Below are positions 29,611-39,251 of a DNA stretch of 64,000 bases, one piece after another. Each line of letters opens with the position of its first letter. The stretch's first letter is position 1. The notes under the pieces are model-generated. The model did not search any database and was not told the DNA's origin. It was given only the letters and a program-made list of their open reading frames with translations. The DNA is from Bacteroidota bacterium (GTDB lineage Bacteria; Bacteroidota; Bacteroidia; Chitinophagales; UBA8649), in contig PKDX01000047.1 in the NCBI GenBank assembly GCA_002862745.1, positions 40,371-104,370 of the forward strand. Reading direction: 5' to 3'. Both the position numbers and the translations under genes were made by a program.

Positions 29611-30177
29611 ATGCCACGGCAGAAAGTAGATGAGAAAACGATAATTAAGGAAGCCTTGAAGCTCTTTAGACAAAAGAGCTACCATGCTACATCCATGGCT
29701 GATATTGCTATGGCTTGTGGTTTACTCAAGGGTAGTTTGTACCATTACTTTCATTCTAAGGAGGATCTCATGATTAAGGTGATTGAGAGCGTCCATGCCT
29801 TTTTTGCTGAAACGGTGTTCACCATTGCTTACAATCATAGCTTGGATGCCGTGGATAGAATGGATCTAATCTTCACAGAAGCTGAAAAAATCTTCGTGGA
29901 CCAGGAATCTGGTGAGATATTGGGCAATGTTGGGGTTGAAACCGCCTTGAGTATGCCTGAATTCCAACCCACCATTCAAGCCTTTTTTTCGGACTATTTC
30001 AAAGCCATCAAGGAGGTCTATCGATCCAAATTTGATGAAGGAATGGCCAATGAGCTTGCTGAACGAAGTGTTTCCGAGATTCAAGGAGCACTCACCCTAA
30101 GCCGTATTTTCAATGATGAGAAATTTATCAAGAATACTCATTTGAGAACGGTTGCTCGACTCCGTAATAATGCGTAA
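29611..30177 (+). CDS. TetR/AcrR-family transcriptional regulator (candidate FadR-like acyl-CoA-responsive repressor)
   Basis: N-terminal TetR HTH: SYHATSMADIAMACGLLKGSLYHYFHSKEDL. The start is set at ATG 29611. Confidence 0.85.
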   Translation: MPRQKVDEKTIIKEALKLFRQKSYHATSMADIAMACGLLKGSLYHYFHSKEDLMIKVIESVHAFFAETVFTIAYNHSLDAVDRMDLIFTEAEKIFVDQESGEILGNVGVETALSMPEFQPTIQAFFSDYFKAIKEVYRSKFDEGMANELAERSVSEIQGALTLSRIFNDEKFIKNTHLRTVARLRNNA

Positions 30178-30395
30178 GCGTGTCAAAGTTTTACAGATAA
30201 GTCACCTAGGTGATGCAGGTTAAAGCTCTTGGCAAGCTAGTCTTCATTTCTTTCACATTTTGTTATGACATTTCATACATACTAGTTTGTCAGGAGCTTT
30301 TTTGTTTTCGTGATTTGTTATTTAGTTGATAAGTCTAGTTTTATTTGGATATTCCAACAATTGACCTTGATTATTTTCACGGTCAAACAAAGGCT

Positions 30396-31358
30396 ATGAT
30401 GTTACAAGAATTGGATTGGAGTGCGCTGCCCAAAAAGGATACCCGTTCTGGTTTTGGCGCTGCGATGGATGAATTAGGGTTGACTAATCCAGATGTCGTT
30501 GCACTTTGTGCTGATCTTACGGGATCATTAAAGCTTAACGATTTTGCGAAAAAATTTCCAGATCGATTTATCCAATGCGGTATTGCTGAAGCAAACATGA
30601 TGGGTATTGCTGCGGGATTAACCATAGGAGGGAAAATCCCTTTTGCAACAACCTTTGCCAACTTCGCTACAGGAAGGGTTTATGATCAGATTCGTCAATC
30701 GATAGCTTATTCTGGGAAAAATGTAAAGATATGCGCATCGCATGCAGGCTTAACCCTTGGTGAAGATGGTGCTACTCATCAGATTCTTGAGGATATTGGT
30801 CTAATGCAAATGCTACCAGGTATGGTGGTGATTAACACATGTGATTTCAATCAAACAAAGGCAGCAACCTTAGCGGTTGCCGAATATGATGGCCCGGTTT
30901 ACCTCCGTTTTGGTCGTCCCAAAGTCAGCGTGTTTATGCCTGAAGATGCTCCCTTTACTATAGGAAAGGCATTACACTTAAGAGAAGGGTCAGATATCAG
31001 TATATTTTGTACCGGGCATTTAGTGGAAGAGAGCCTAAAAGCGGCTGACGATTTAGCAGAACTTGGCATTTCTTGCGATGTGGTAAACATTCATACGATC
31101 AAGCCTTTGGATCGTGAGGCAATTCTTACGTCCTTGGGGAAAACAGGTAGAGGAATTGTAGCTGAGGAGCATCAAAGGTTAGGCGGTTTGGGGAGTGCCA
31201 TAGCTCAAGTTTGTGCTGAAGAGATGCCTTGTCCTCTCCAGTTTGTCGCTGTACAAGATAGCTTTGGAGAAAGTGGTAAACCAGCTGATCTAATGAAAAA
31301 GTATGGCATTGCGCAAGCTGATGTTGTTGCTGCTGCAAAGCAATGCCTCAGTCGATAG
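30396..31358 (+). CDS. Transketolase, C-terminal subunit (pyrimidine-binding plus C-terminal domains) of a split transketolase
   Basis: Motifs KDTRSGFGAAM, QCGIAEANMMGIAAGL and a C-terminal TKC-like domain. The start is uncertain: the listed ORF begins with TTG at 30345, and the first ATG is at 30396. Confidence 0.85.
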   Translation: MMLQELDWSALPKKDTRSGFGAAMDELGLTNPDVVALCADLTGSLKLNDFAKKFPDRFIQCGIAEANMMGIAAGLTIGGKIPFATTFANFATGRVYDQIRQSIAYSGKNVKICASHAGLTLGEDGATHQILEDIGLMQMLPGMVVINTCDFNQTKAATLAVAEYDGPVYLRFGRPKVSVFMPEDAPFTIGKALHLREGSDISIFCTGHLVEESLKAADDLAELGISCDVVNIHTIKPLDREAILTSLGKTGRGIVAEEHQRLGGLGSAIAQVCAEEMPCPLQFVAVQDSFGESGKPADLMKKYGIAQADVVAAAKQCLSR

Positions 31359-31451
31359 CCTCTATCTTCTTGTACAATTTTTTGGAGTGTCCATTCGTTC
31401 CTTTCTATAAACGTCCTACAGACTTGGCACGATTATAGTCATCTTCGCATT

Positions 31452-31862
31452 ATGAAATCTTTTCTTTTAGCTTCCATAGTTCTCATCGGTATGGGCTCAA
31501 CATTGTACATGCCACACTTGAATGAAACAACGGTAGATTCTAACAACGAATCTTCTGATTTCATGGAATTCCTCGCGGATACCGGGTCAATTGTCTATGA
31601 ATCTCGTGGTGATGAGAACATGGGAAAGGAGCGCATGACTCGAAAAATTAAGATGAATGGCAAGGTGTCTTGGGTCTATTGGAGTGAGGCATTAGGGCAA
31701 AGAAATCTTGGTTATGTATATGAAGATGGTTATGAATACGTCTATTTTTCGGGTAATAGCAGGAATAAGTATAAGCTCGTAAGGGATCGTTGTGGATTCA
31801 CCTGTGTACATCCTGATGGGGATACTCAGTTCTATCGCCAGGTAAAGCCTACTTGTCGCTAA
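31452..31862 (+). CDS. Hypothetical secreted protein
   Basis: ORF with an N-terminal hydrophobic signal (MKSFLLASIVLIGMGS). No recognisable family. Confidence 0.4.
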   Translation: MKSFLLASIVLIGMGSTLYMPHLNETTVDSNNESSDFMEFLADTGSIVYESRGDENMGKERMTRKIKMNGKVSWVYWSEALGQRNLGYVYEDGYEYVYFSGNSRNKYKLVRDRCGFTCVHPDGDTQFYRQVKPTCR

Positions 31863-31868
31863 ATTTTT

Positions 31869-32372
31869 CTAATACACTTTAGCCTCCCAAACCGTATTAG
31901 GCTCAAGAGCTCGAATTATGAGCGTGTTGGCTGATAAAGTAATCCAAACATCACTTAAGTTATTGGGTTGGCGGAAATACCACTCATTGAGCACATTGCC
32001 TTGGTTGGCATAGTTTGGCAATCCGTAGAAGTCATAGGCCATTTTGTAGGCATCTAGGGTTGAGGAAAACATTAAATCAACCTGATAGAGCGGTTTGTCC
32101 CCATCTAAATCATAGCTTAGTACGATGGATTTAATGCTCAGTGGCTCATCATCGCTTTTCATATAGCGAATGCTTATAAAATCGATTTCAATAATGCGTT
32201 CGTATTCATGGCTTTGTAGTTGTATGACATTTAAGGAATCTGAGAAATCCACATCGACCATGATATCTGGAATGGCAGGCCCTTCAAGCATGGGTTGCGC
32301 GTACAGCGAATTAGTACACAGAATGATCCCAATTACATAGAGATAATATGGCATGTTGCTTATGCTCGTCAT
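31869..32372 (-). CDS. Hypothetical secreted protein
   Basis: ORF with a signal-like segment YLYVIGIILCTNSLYAQP. No recognisable family. Confidence 0.4.
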   Translation of the reverse strand: MTSISNMPYYLYVIGIILCTNSLYAQPMLEGPAIPDIMVDVDFSDSLNVIQLQSHEYERIIEIDFISIRYMKSDDEPLSIKSIVLSYDLDGDKPLYQVDLMFSSTLDAYKMAYDFYGLPNYANQGNVLNEWYFRQPNNLSDVWITLSANTLIIRALEPNTVWEAKVY

Positions 32373-32547
32373 AGAATCATGGTCTATACTCTACAATACG
32401 TGGAATACCTTGCCTAGGATTCAGATTCTAGGTTAAAAACAATGCGATGCCTTATATTTTTCCTGATTGATTCATAAGTAATTGATTATCAGTGTTATAT
32501 GGATTTTTCTTGGTGTATGAAAAATGGCAAGGATACAGCGAAATCTG

Positions 32548-32991
32548 CTACTTTTTATCTTCAAAGGAATTAATCTCTTCTCGAAGCCATTGGGGTATTT
32601 CGATTGTAGAACGACTCTTTGTATCAAACATGATTTGTGTTGTCTTCCCGCTGCTATGGAGTATGGGTTCATCCTTGCTTCCGCTGCATACGGCATATTC
32701 AAGAACAAAGCTCTTCGTCCCGAAGGAGTGTGTTCGCACAAGGACCCTAGGTTCAGTATGTAGCATAGTAAGTTCCTTGTAAAAAGTCGCCTGAACATGA
32801 CCTACTAAAAACATATTTTTAGTCCAATCCCATATCTTACTTGCCTTTAGCATGTAATGGCTTCGTCCAAATTCAAAGTAGGTTATGAAGAGCGCATTAT
32901 TTACATGACCTAATGGGTCAAGGTCATTCCATCGTATCTGAATGGGTAAATCAAATCGAAAATTCTGAAGATTTGGTTTTGGAGTAGTCAT
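32548..32991 (-). CDS. Acyl-CoA thioesterase, 4HBT/YbgC hotdog family
   Basis: Motif IRWNDLDPLGHVNNALFITYFE. There is a 2-bp gap to the upstream acyl-CoA dehydrogenase stop, so it is probably the last gene of the fad operon. Confidence 0.75.
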   Translation of the reverse strand: MTTPKPNLQNFRFDLPIQIRWNDLDPLGHVNNALFITYFEFGRSHYMLKASKIWDWTKNMFLVGHVQATFYKELTMLHTEPRVLVRTHSFGTKSFVLEYAVCSGSKDEPILHSSGKTTQIMFDTKSRSTIEIPQWLREEINSFEDKK

Positions 32992-32993
32992 TA

Positions 32994-34808
32994 CTAGTAT
33001 GGGTAGGCGTTTGCTTCAATAGCAACTTCAGCAATATGATTACGCATTGCTGTTGTATTGATAAGGTCAAACTTAGTAAATCGTTTGATTCCTAAATTCA
33101 TCATGCGAAGTATATCACCTTCTGCAAAGGAGGCTATAGCTCTCTTTCCATTGGTATGTATGCGCTCCAAGGCATCAGATGCAAATACTTGCGTCATGGA
33201 AATATAGTCCGCGCTCGCGACCTCTCCTACGCTCATGGCTCTTTTCTGTGTCCGCAAAATCATTGATTCCATGGTAAATAGGTCAATAAGCATGTCTGCA
33301 ATATACATCATCACCATTTGTTTGGATTCAAGTTCTTTACCGTAGTGTTTTGCTGCGGCACCAGCTATCATTAGAAGTGCTTTTTTGGCTTGCTGGGTGG
33401 CATGCATTTCTCGTGATAGTACTCCATCTTCAATTCCTCCAGCTGATGGCACGGACATCAACTCCTCCTGTACTTTTTTGGCTGACCCTAACACATCAAT
33501 TTGTCCTTTGAGTGCACGTCGCAGAATCGTACCGATGGATAGTAAGCGGTTGATTTCGTTAGTCCCTTCAAAAATTCGATTGATTCGGGCATCTCTGTAT
33601 GCTCGGGATACTAAAGTTTCCTCAGAGAATCCCATACCCCCATGGATTTGTACTCCTTCGTCAACCACGTAGTCCACGGTTTCAGAACCCAATACCTTGA
33701 GAATGGCAGCTTCAATGCTGTACTCTTCGGCTGCATCGATTTTGGCTTGAATAGACGAAATGCCTTTAGCTTCTAGGTCGTCCATGAGATCTTTGATTAG
33801 TCCAGAAGTGCGGTAACATGCAGACTCTAGAGCATAGGTTCGTATCACCTGTTCGGCAATTTTGTATCGGATGGCTTCAAAGCTAGCAATGGATTGGCCG
33901 AACTGCTTCCGTTCATTGGCATATTTTACAGAAGCCGTAGTGACCATTTTTGAACCTCCAATTCCAATGACTCCGAGTTTGTATCGCCCGATATTTAGTA
34001 CGTTGAAGGCTATTTTATGTCCCTTGCCAATCTCTCCAAGCACATTTTCTCTTGGAATAACGACTTCTTCAAAGAATACCTGTCGGGTGGATGAACCATT
34101 AATACCCATTTTCTTCTCTTCAGCACCCAATCGAACGTTGGCACTATTCGCGGGTACAATAAAACCGGTGAATCCGCTTTGACTTTCTAATCGACCGTCT
34201 TCCTGGACTTGAGCAAAAACGGTAAACACATCCGCAAAACCGCCGTTAGTAATCCACATTTTCTGACCAGATATCACCCAAGACTTACCATCCTCGGAAA
34301 GAACGGCTTTGGTTTTCGCGCCAAGGGCATCGGATCCTGAACCTGGTTCAGTTAAGCAATAAGCAGCCTTTTTTTCACCAAGGCAGAGCGCGGGAAGCCA
34401 CTCATTTCGTTGCGCTTCACTCCCGTAATATAAAATCGGAAGCATTCCAATTCCCGTGTGGGCGGCATAGGCTACACCAAAGCTTTGGGTACGGCCCATG
34501 ATCTCAACAAGGTAGGTTTCGCTGTTAAAGTCTAATCCCATCCCTCCATAGGCTTCGGGAATACCTGGTCCTAGTAAGCCGAGTTCACCTGCTTCTTCTA
34601 AAAGGGTGACCACCTTATCAAATTCCTTATGTTCTATAGCATCGAATTGAGGAGCGATTCGTTTGTCGACAAACTCATACGTTGCATCAGAAAATGCCCG
34701 TTGTTCTTCATTGATGTCCTCTGGGCTATAGATTTCTTGGGGAGTAGCCTGCTTGACAATAAATTCTCCTCCTTTGATTAATGTTTTTTGTTGTGTTGCT
34801 GTATCCAT
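32994..34808 (-). CDS. fadE: Acyl-CoA dehydrogenase (long, ~600 aa FadE type)
   Basis: ACAD signatures [19 protein letters not shown] and [16 protein letters not shown]. The start is set at ATG 34808, because the listed N-terminal extension overlaps the thiolase gene. Confidence 0.9.
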   Translation of the reverse strand: MDTATQQKTLIKGGEFIVKQATPQEIYSPEDINEEQRAFSDATYEFVDKRIAPQFDAIEHKEFDKVVTLLEEAGELGLLGPGIPEAYGGMGLDFNSETYLVEIMGRTQSFGVAYAAHTGIGMLPILYYGSEAQRNEWLPALCLGEKKAAYCLTEPGSGSDALGAKTKAVLSEDGKSWVISGQKMWITNGGFADVFTVFAQVQEDGRLESQSGFTGFIVPANSANVRLGAEEKKMGINGSSTRQVFFEEVVIPRENVLGEIGKGHKIAFNVLNIGRYKLGVIGIGGSKMVTTASVKYANERKQFGQSIASFEAIRYKIAEQVIRTYALESACYRTSGLIKDLMDDLEAKGISSIQAKIDAAEEYSIEAAILKVLGSETVDYVVDEGVQIHGGMGFSEETLVSRAYRDARINRIFEGTNEINRLLSIGTILRRALKGQIDVLGSAKKVQEELMSVPSAGGIEDGVLSREMHATQQAKKALLMIAGAAAKHYGKELESKQMVMMYIADMLIDLFTMESMILRTQKRAMSVGEVASADYISMTQVFASDALERIHTNGKRAIASFAEGDILRMMNLGIKRFTKFDLINTTAMRNHIAEVAIEANAYPY

Positions 34809-34827
34809 AATAAATCTAATGTTTTGG

Positions 34828-36015
34828 TTAGTTAAGGTATTCGTAGATGGAGGCGATTCCTTGTCCACCGCCAATGCATGCCGAGACCATGCCATATTGC
34901 TGTTGTTGACGTCGCATTTCACAGAATAATTTGATGCTTAATATTGCTCCAGTGCATCCCAAGGGGTGTCCTAAGGCAATCGCTCCGCCATTGACGTTGA
35001 CCTTGGTGGGGTCAAGGTCAGGTAGATTTTTTAAAACGGCTAAGGATTGTGCTGCGAAGGCCTCATTGAGTTCAACCAGTCCTATATCTTGATAGTTTAG
35101 TCCTGCCATTTTTAGTGCCTTGGGGATGGCTTCTACAGGGCCAATGCCCATATAACGCGGCGAGACCCCGATGGTCGTGGAGGTTACCATGCGTGCAATG
35201 GGCTCTAGATTGAGTTCTTTGACCATTTCCTCACTCATTACCACGACAAAAGCGGCGCCATCTGAGGTTTGCGAGGCATTCCCAGCTGTAACTTGCCCGC
35301 CTTGCTTGAATACGGCTCGAAGTTTTCCTAAAACCTCCATAGAAGTGTCGGCTCGAGGTCCTTCATCTCGACCTACGGTATAGGTCCTAGTTCGCTTGGA
35401 CTCTGAAGCCGAGTCGTAGTAAACTTCTTCAATATCCATAGGGGTGATCTCTTCGTCAAAGAGTCCGCTATTGACTGCTTTTACTGCTTTTTGGTGGGAG
35501 GTGAACGAAAACTCATCGGCTTCTTGTCTTGTGATACCATACTTGGATGCAACTTCTTCAGCGGTTAGCCCCATGCCAATGTAGTAGTCTGGGTTATCTA
35601 CGGCGATTTGGTAATTCGGTACGGTCTTAAAGCCCATGGTGGGTACCAGGGACATTGATTCTGCTCCACCTGCGATTAAACAATCCGCCATACCCGCTTG
35701 AATTTTTGCTGTAGCCATGGCAATCGTCTCAACCCCTGACCCACAATATCGGTTAACGGTTACTCCACTCACGGTCTCTGGAAGATTGGATCGGATGGAA
35801 ATCCACCTTGCCATTTGAAGACCTTGCTCGGCTTCGGGAACAGCATTTCCGACCAATATGTCTTCTATTCTAATTGGATCTAAACTCGGTAAATCTTGTA
35901 AAAGTTGGTTAATTACGTGCGCTCCCAAATCTACCGGAGATGTAAATCGAAATCCTCCTCGCTTGGCTTTCCCGATGGCGGTGCGTTTTCCAGCTACTAT
36001 ATATGCAGTTCTCAT
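34828..36015 (-). CDS. fadA: Acetyl-CoA C-acyltransferase (3-ketoacyl-CoA thiolase)
   Basis: Active-site contexts [26 protein letters not shown] and CIGGGQG. Confidence 0.92.
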   Translation of the reverse strand: MRTAYIVAGKRTAIGKAKRGGFRFTSPVDLGAHVINQLLQDLPSLDPIRIEDILVGNAVPEAEQGLQMARWISIRSNLPETVSGVTVNRYCGSGVETIAMATAKIQAGMADCLIAGGAESMSLVPTMGFKTVPNYQIAVDNPDYYIGMGLTAEEVASKYGITRQEADEFSFTSHQKAVKAVNSGLFDEEITPMDIEEVYYDSASESKRTRTYTVGRDEGPRADTSMEVLGKLRAVFKQGGQVTAGNASQTSDGAAFVVVMSEEMVKELNLEPIARMVTSTTIGVSPRYMGIGPVEAIPKALKMAGLNYQDIGLVELNEAFAAQSLAVLKNLPDLDPTKVNVNGGAIALGHPLGCTGAILSIKLFCEMRRQQQQYGMVSACIGGGQGIASIYEYLN

Positions 36016-36053
36016 AGGTTTTTCTTTAGTATTCTATTCAAGAGGATTAAAAA

Positions 36054-38492
36054 TTAGTTTCGAAGGGGTTTTCCAGTTTTTAAAATGGATTCCATGCGTT
36101 GTTGTGTCTTGATTTCGCCACAGAGGGAAAGGAAGGCTTCTCGTTCTAAATCGAGAAGGTATTGCTCAGAAACCTTGCTTGGCATGCTGAGATCTCCACC
36201 ACAGAGTACATAGGCGATTTTTTTGGCAATGGTAATGTCGTGTGGGGTAGCATAGTTGCCTAACTCAAAGCCACTAAGTCCAGACAGTAAAGCCGCCATA
36301 CCCGACCGCCCCACCACTTCGATATCCTTTCGGATAGGAGGTTGGCTATATCCATTATCATGTAACTCAAGCACCTTCTTTTTGGCTTCAGCAATAACAC
36401 GCTTTGCGTTCATGACTACTTCATCCTTTCGCTTGTCTAATAGACCTAAATCAAAGGCTTCATGGGCTGAACTTGCCACTTTAGCCGTAGCAATATGAGT
36501 AAATGCCTCAACGATTCGTGGAATCTTAGGATCGTTTGTATGGTAGTAATCCGATGCGCGCAAAGCTAATTCTTTACATCCTCCACCAGCAGGTATAACT
36601 CCGGCACCCACTTCTACGAGTCCAATGTAGGTCTCAGCAGAGGCGAGCGCAGCATCGCTATGCATGGTGATTTCACATCCACCGCCTAAAGTCATTCCGT
36701 GAGGTCCTGCCACTACAGGAATGGATGAATGACGAATACGCATTGCAGTTTGTTGAAACTGGCGAATAGCAAGATCAAGTTCATCATATTCTTGCTCAAC
36801 TGCAAGCATGAGAATCATCGCAAGGTTAGCCCCTGCCGAAAAATTACTGGCGTCATTGCCAAGCACAAGACCTTTCCATCCCTCGTCCTCTGCCTTAGCG
36901 ATGGCATGATTGATTCCCTCCAGCACTTCACCACCAATGCTATTCATTTTGGTCTTAAACTCAAGGTTAAGTACACCTTCTCCTAAGTCATAGAGATTCG
37001 TACCGCTATTTTTCCAGACAATATCCTCTTTGCGATTCGCAAGAAGGATAAAATGTTCTTGACCGGGTACAGCTTTGTACGATGCTGACGGTATATCCCA
37101 ATACATGCGCTGTCCTGCTTGGTGCTTGTAAAATGAAGATGCTCCCGATGACAGCATGGAATGCACCCATTGAGGTGCTTCAAAGCCCATAGAAGTCATT
37201 TGATCAAGCGCTTCTTGCACTCCGATAGCATCCCACATCTCAAAAGGACCCATTTTCCATCCAAATCCTGTCCGCATACCATCGTCTATGCGATAGAGTT
37301 CATCCGATATCTCTGGGATACGATTAGCACAATACTGAAAGACCATGGCATTCACGGTATTGTTAAAGCGCGCTGCTTCATCTTTTCCCTTGGATAACAC
37401 ACGAAGCTTGTTTTGTAAGCCACCAGCTGCTTTGGCTTGTGCGATGGAATCAAATGGTCTTTTTGGAGTCTCCTTGTATTCCAACGTTTTGGGATCTAAC
37501 TCGAGGAATACACGTTTCCCTTGCCCATTTTTTGATTTTTTGTAAAAGCCCTGACCTGTCTTGTCTCCAAGCCATTGGTTCTTCTCCATTGTTAGCACAA
37601 AATCAGGTATCTGAAAGGTATTTCGTCGCTCATCTTCGGGACAATTGTCATAAACTCCTTTAGCTACTTTAATCAAGGTGTCCAGTCCTACAACATCTGC
37701 TGTTCTAAACGTCGCGGACTTTGGTTTTCCGGTGAGAGGTCCTGTAATGGCGTCAATTTCTCCGATACCAAGGTCAAAGTCTTTCATGAGTTGAAAGATG
37801 GCCGACATGGAAAAAACGCCTATCCGGTTAGCGATAAAGGCTGGAGTGTCTTTGGCAAGAACGGGCGTTTTTCCAAGGAATAGATCCGCATAATGCTCAA
37901 AAAATTGAATTACCTCTGGATCAGTTGTAGTGTGCGGGATAATCTCAAAGAGATTGAGATATCGAGGGGGATTAAAGAAGTGCGTACCGCAAAAATGTTG
38001 TTGGAATTCCTCACTTCGTCCTTCGGCGAGCATGGAGATGGGAATCCCTGAGGTATTTGAAGTTATAAGGCTTCCTGGTTTACGAAGCTTTTCTACCTTA
38101 TCAAAAAGTGTCTTTTTAATGTCCAAGCGTTCAATAATCACTTCAATCACCCAGTCGCAAGAAGCTATTTTATCTAAGTCATCTTCAAAGTTTCCCGTAG
38201 TAATGTTGTCAAGAAATTGTTGATGATAAATAGGGGAGGGTTTCGACTTTACTGCTGCTTTTAGTGCATTGTTAACAATCTGATTTCGTGCCTTAGAATT
38301 GTTCTTTTGTTCTTCTTTAAGGTCCAAGGGAACAATGTCAAGGAGCAGGACGTCTAGGCCAATGTGAGCAAAATGACAGGCTATACGGGAGCCCATGACA
38401 CCAGATCCCAGTACAGCTACTTTTCGAATATGCCGGTGATTTGCTGGCGTTACAGTGCTTGGACTTTTCTCATCGGACGAAGAATTCATCAT
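36054..38492 (-). CDS. fadN: Bifunctional 3-hydroxyacyl-CoA dehydrogenase / enoyl-CoA hydratase, dehydrogenase-first (FadN-type) domain order
   Basis: N-terminal Rossmann motif VAVLGSGVMGSRIA with 3HCDH domains. C-terminal crotonase-like region (LVLGNDASNFSAGANLAMIL). The protein is 812 aa. Confidence 0.9.
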   Translation of the reverse strand: MMNSSSDEKSPSTVTPANHRHIRKVAVLGSGVMGSRIACHFAHIGLDVLLLDIVPLDLKEEQKNNSKARNQIVNNALKAAVKSKPSPIYHQQFLDNITTGNFEDDLDKIASCDWVIEVIIERLDIKKTLFDKVEKLRKPGSLITSNTSGIPISMLAEGRSEEFQQHFCGTHFFNPPRYLNLFEIIPHTTTDPEVIQFFEHYADLFLGKTPVLAKDTPAFIANRIGVFSMSAIFQLMKDFDLGIGEIDAITGPLTGKPKSATFRTADVVGLDTLIKVAKGVYDNCPEDERRNTFQIPDFVLTMEKNQWLGDKTGQGFYKKSKNGQGKRVFLELDPKTLEYKETPKRPFDSIAQAKAAGGLQNKLRVLSKGKDEAARFNNTVNAMVFQYCANRIPEISDELYRIDDGMRTGFGWKMGPFEMWDAIGVQEALDQMTSMGFEAPQWVHSMLSSGASSFYKHQAGQRMYWDIPSASYKAVPGQEHFILLANRKEDIVWKNSGTNLYDLGEGVLNLEFKTKMNSIGGEVLEGINHAIAKAEDEGWKGLVLGNDASNFSAGANLAMILMLAVEQEYDELDLAIRQFQQTAMRIRHSSIPVVAGPHGMTLGGGCEITMHSDAALASAETYIGLVEVGAGVIPAGGGCKELALRASDYYHTNDPKIPRIVEAFTHIATAKVASSAHEAFDLGLLDKRKDEVVMNAKRVIAEAKKKVLELHDNGYSQPPIRKDIEVVGRSGMAALLSGLSGFELGNYATPHDITIAKKIAYVLCGGDLSMPSKVSEQYLLDLEREAFLSLCGEIKTQQRMESILKTGKPLRN

Positions 38493-38552
38493 TGTTTTTA
38501 TTTTGGTCGATTACGGAATTTGTGCGCCAAGAATATCGATTCATACATTCTT

Positions 38553-38570
38553 ATCAAACAAACGTTTGGT
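38553..38570. promoter_or_regulatory. Second copy of the TetR-operator-like motif: ATCAAACA-AA-CGTTTGGT
   Basis: It matches the 29563-29580 repeat at 15 of 18 positions, and the right half-site is identical. The core CAAACGTTTG (38559-38568) is a perfect 10-bp palindrome. It lies ~60 bp upstream of the fadN start, in the divergent fadN/DUF805 intergenic region. Confidence 0.4.
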
Positions 38571-38679
38571 AAAATACAAAAATTGTTGAATTCGTCAAGG
38601 CTTATGTGCATTTAGTCGTCACTGTGTCCTCTCGATACGCTTGATTTAATGTATTTTGAGTAAAACCAAAACAAAAACC

Positions 38680-39000
38680 ATGAAATATTATATCTATTGT
38701 TTTAAAAACTACGCTACGTTTAGCGGCCGGGCTTCCCGTGCAGAGTATTGGTCATTCTTTGCGATAAACACGTTAATCTCAATGATTCCCACTTTGCTTG
38801 TTGCATGGGGTGATGGGCGCTTAGATGAACTTATGATCGTATCTCCTATATATAGCCTCGTCGCTTTCTTGCCTGGTCTTGCAGTTGCTGTTCGACGCAT
38901 GCATGACGTTGGAAAGAGTGGTTGGTTTATCCTAGTTCCGATTTATAACCTAATCCTTGCACTGACTAAAGGTGATGAGGGAACGAATGAGTTTGGTTAA
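38680..39000 (+). CDS. DUF805-family inner-membrane protein
   Basis: Motifs GRASRAEYWSFF and RRMHDVGKSGW, with two or three TM segments. The start is set at ATG 38680. Confidence 0.7.
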   Translation: MKYYIYCFKNYATFSGRASRAEYWSFFAINTLISMIPTLLVAWGDGRLDELMIVSPIYSLVAFLPGLAVAVRRMHDVGKSGWFILVPIYNLILALTKGDEGTNEFG

Positions 39001-39026
39001 TCTTTTTTACCATTTTATTATTACAG

Positions 39027-39051
39027 AGCCCTCTAACTAGAGGGCTTTTTT
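39027..39051 (+). terminator. Rho-independent terminator after the DUF805 gene
   Basis: 8-bp GC-rich stem AGCCCTCT/AGAGGGCT with loop AACT, followed by a T6 run. It starts 27 bp after the stop codon. Confidence 0.6.
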
Positions 39052-39251
39052 ATGCAAATAAACCCTAGATTTTATTGTAATGCTATGCTTTTTTCTTGAA
39101 TATTCAGCCTAACATTAATCAAATCAAGCTGACTCTGTTAGTGCATATAAAAACACTTTATTTTTCTTGTATACATCTGTTGATTTCCTTTTGTGTTACA
39201 TGTCCTTTCAAGTAGTAGATTAACAATCTATTCTAATCAAGCTAATGTCTA

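Noticed and set aside
30202-30213. A perfect 12-bp palindrome, TCACCTAGGTGA, between the TetR stop and the transketolase C-subunit gene.
   Set aside because: It occurs only once, and no related sequence lies upstream of the partner transketolase N-subunit gene or elsewhere. With no loop and no T-run it is not a terminator. The evidence is insufficient to call it a binding site.
32413-32432. A hairpin, CCTAGGAT-TCAG-ATTCTAGG, in the gap downstream of the fad operon. It could be the operon terminator.
   Set aside because: It lies ~115 bp beyond the thioesterase stop, includes a G-U pair, and has no U-run on either strand.
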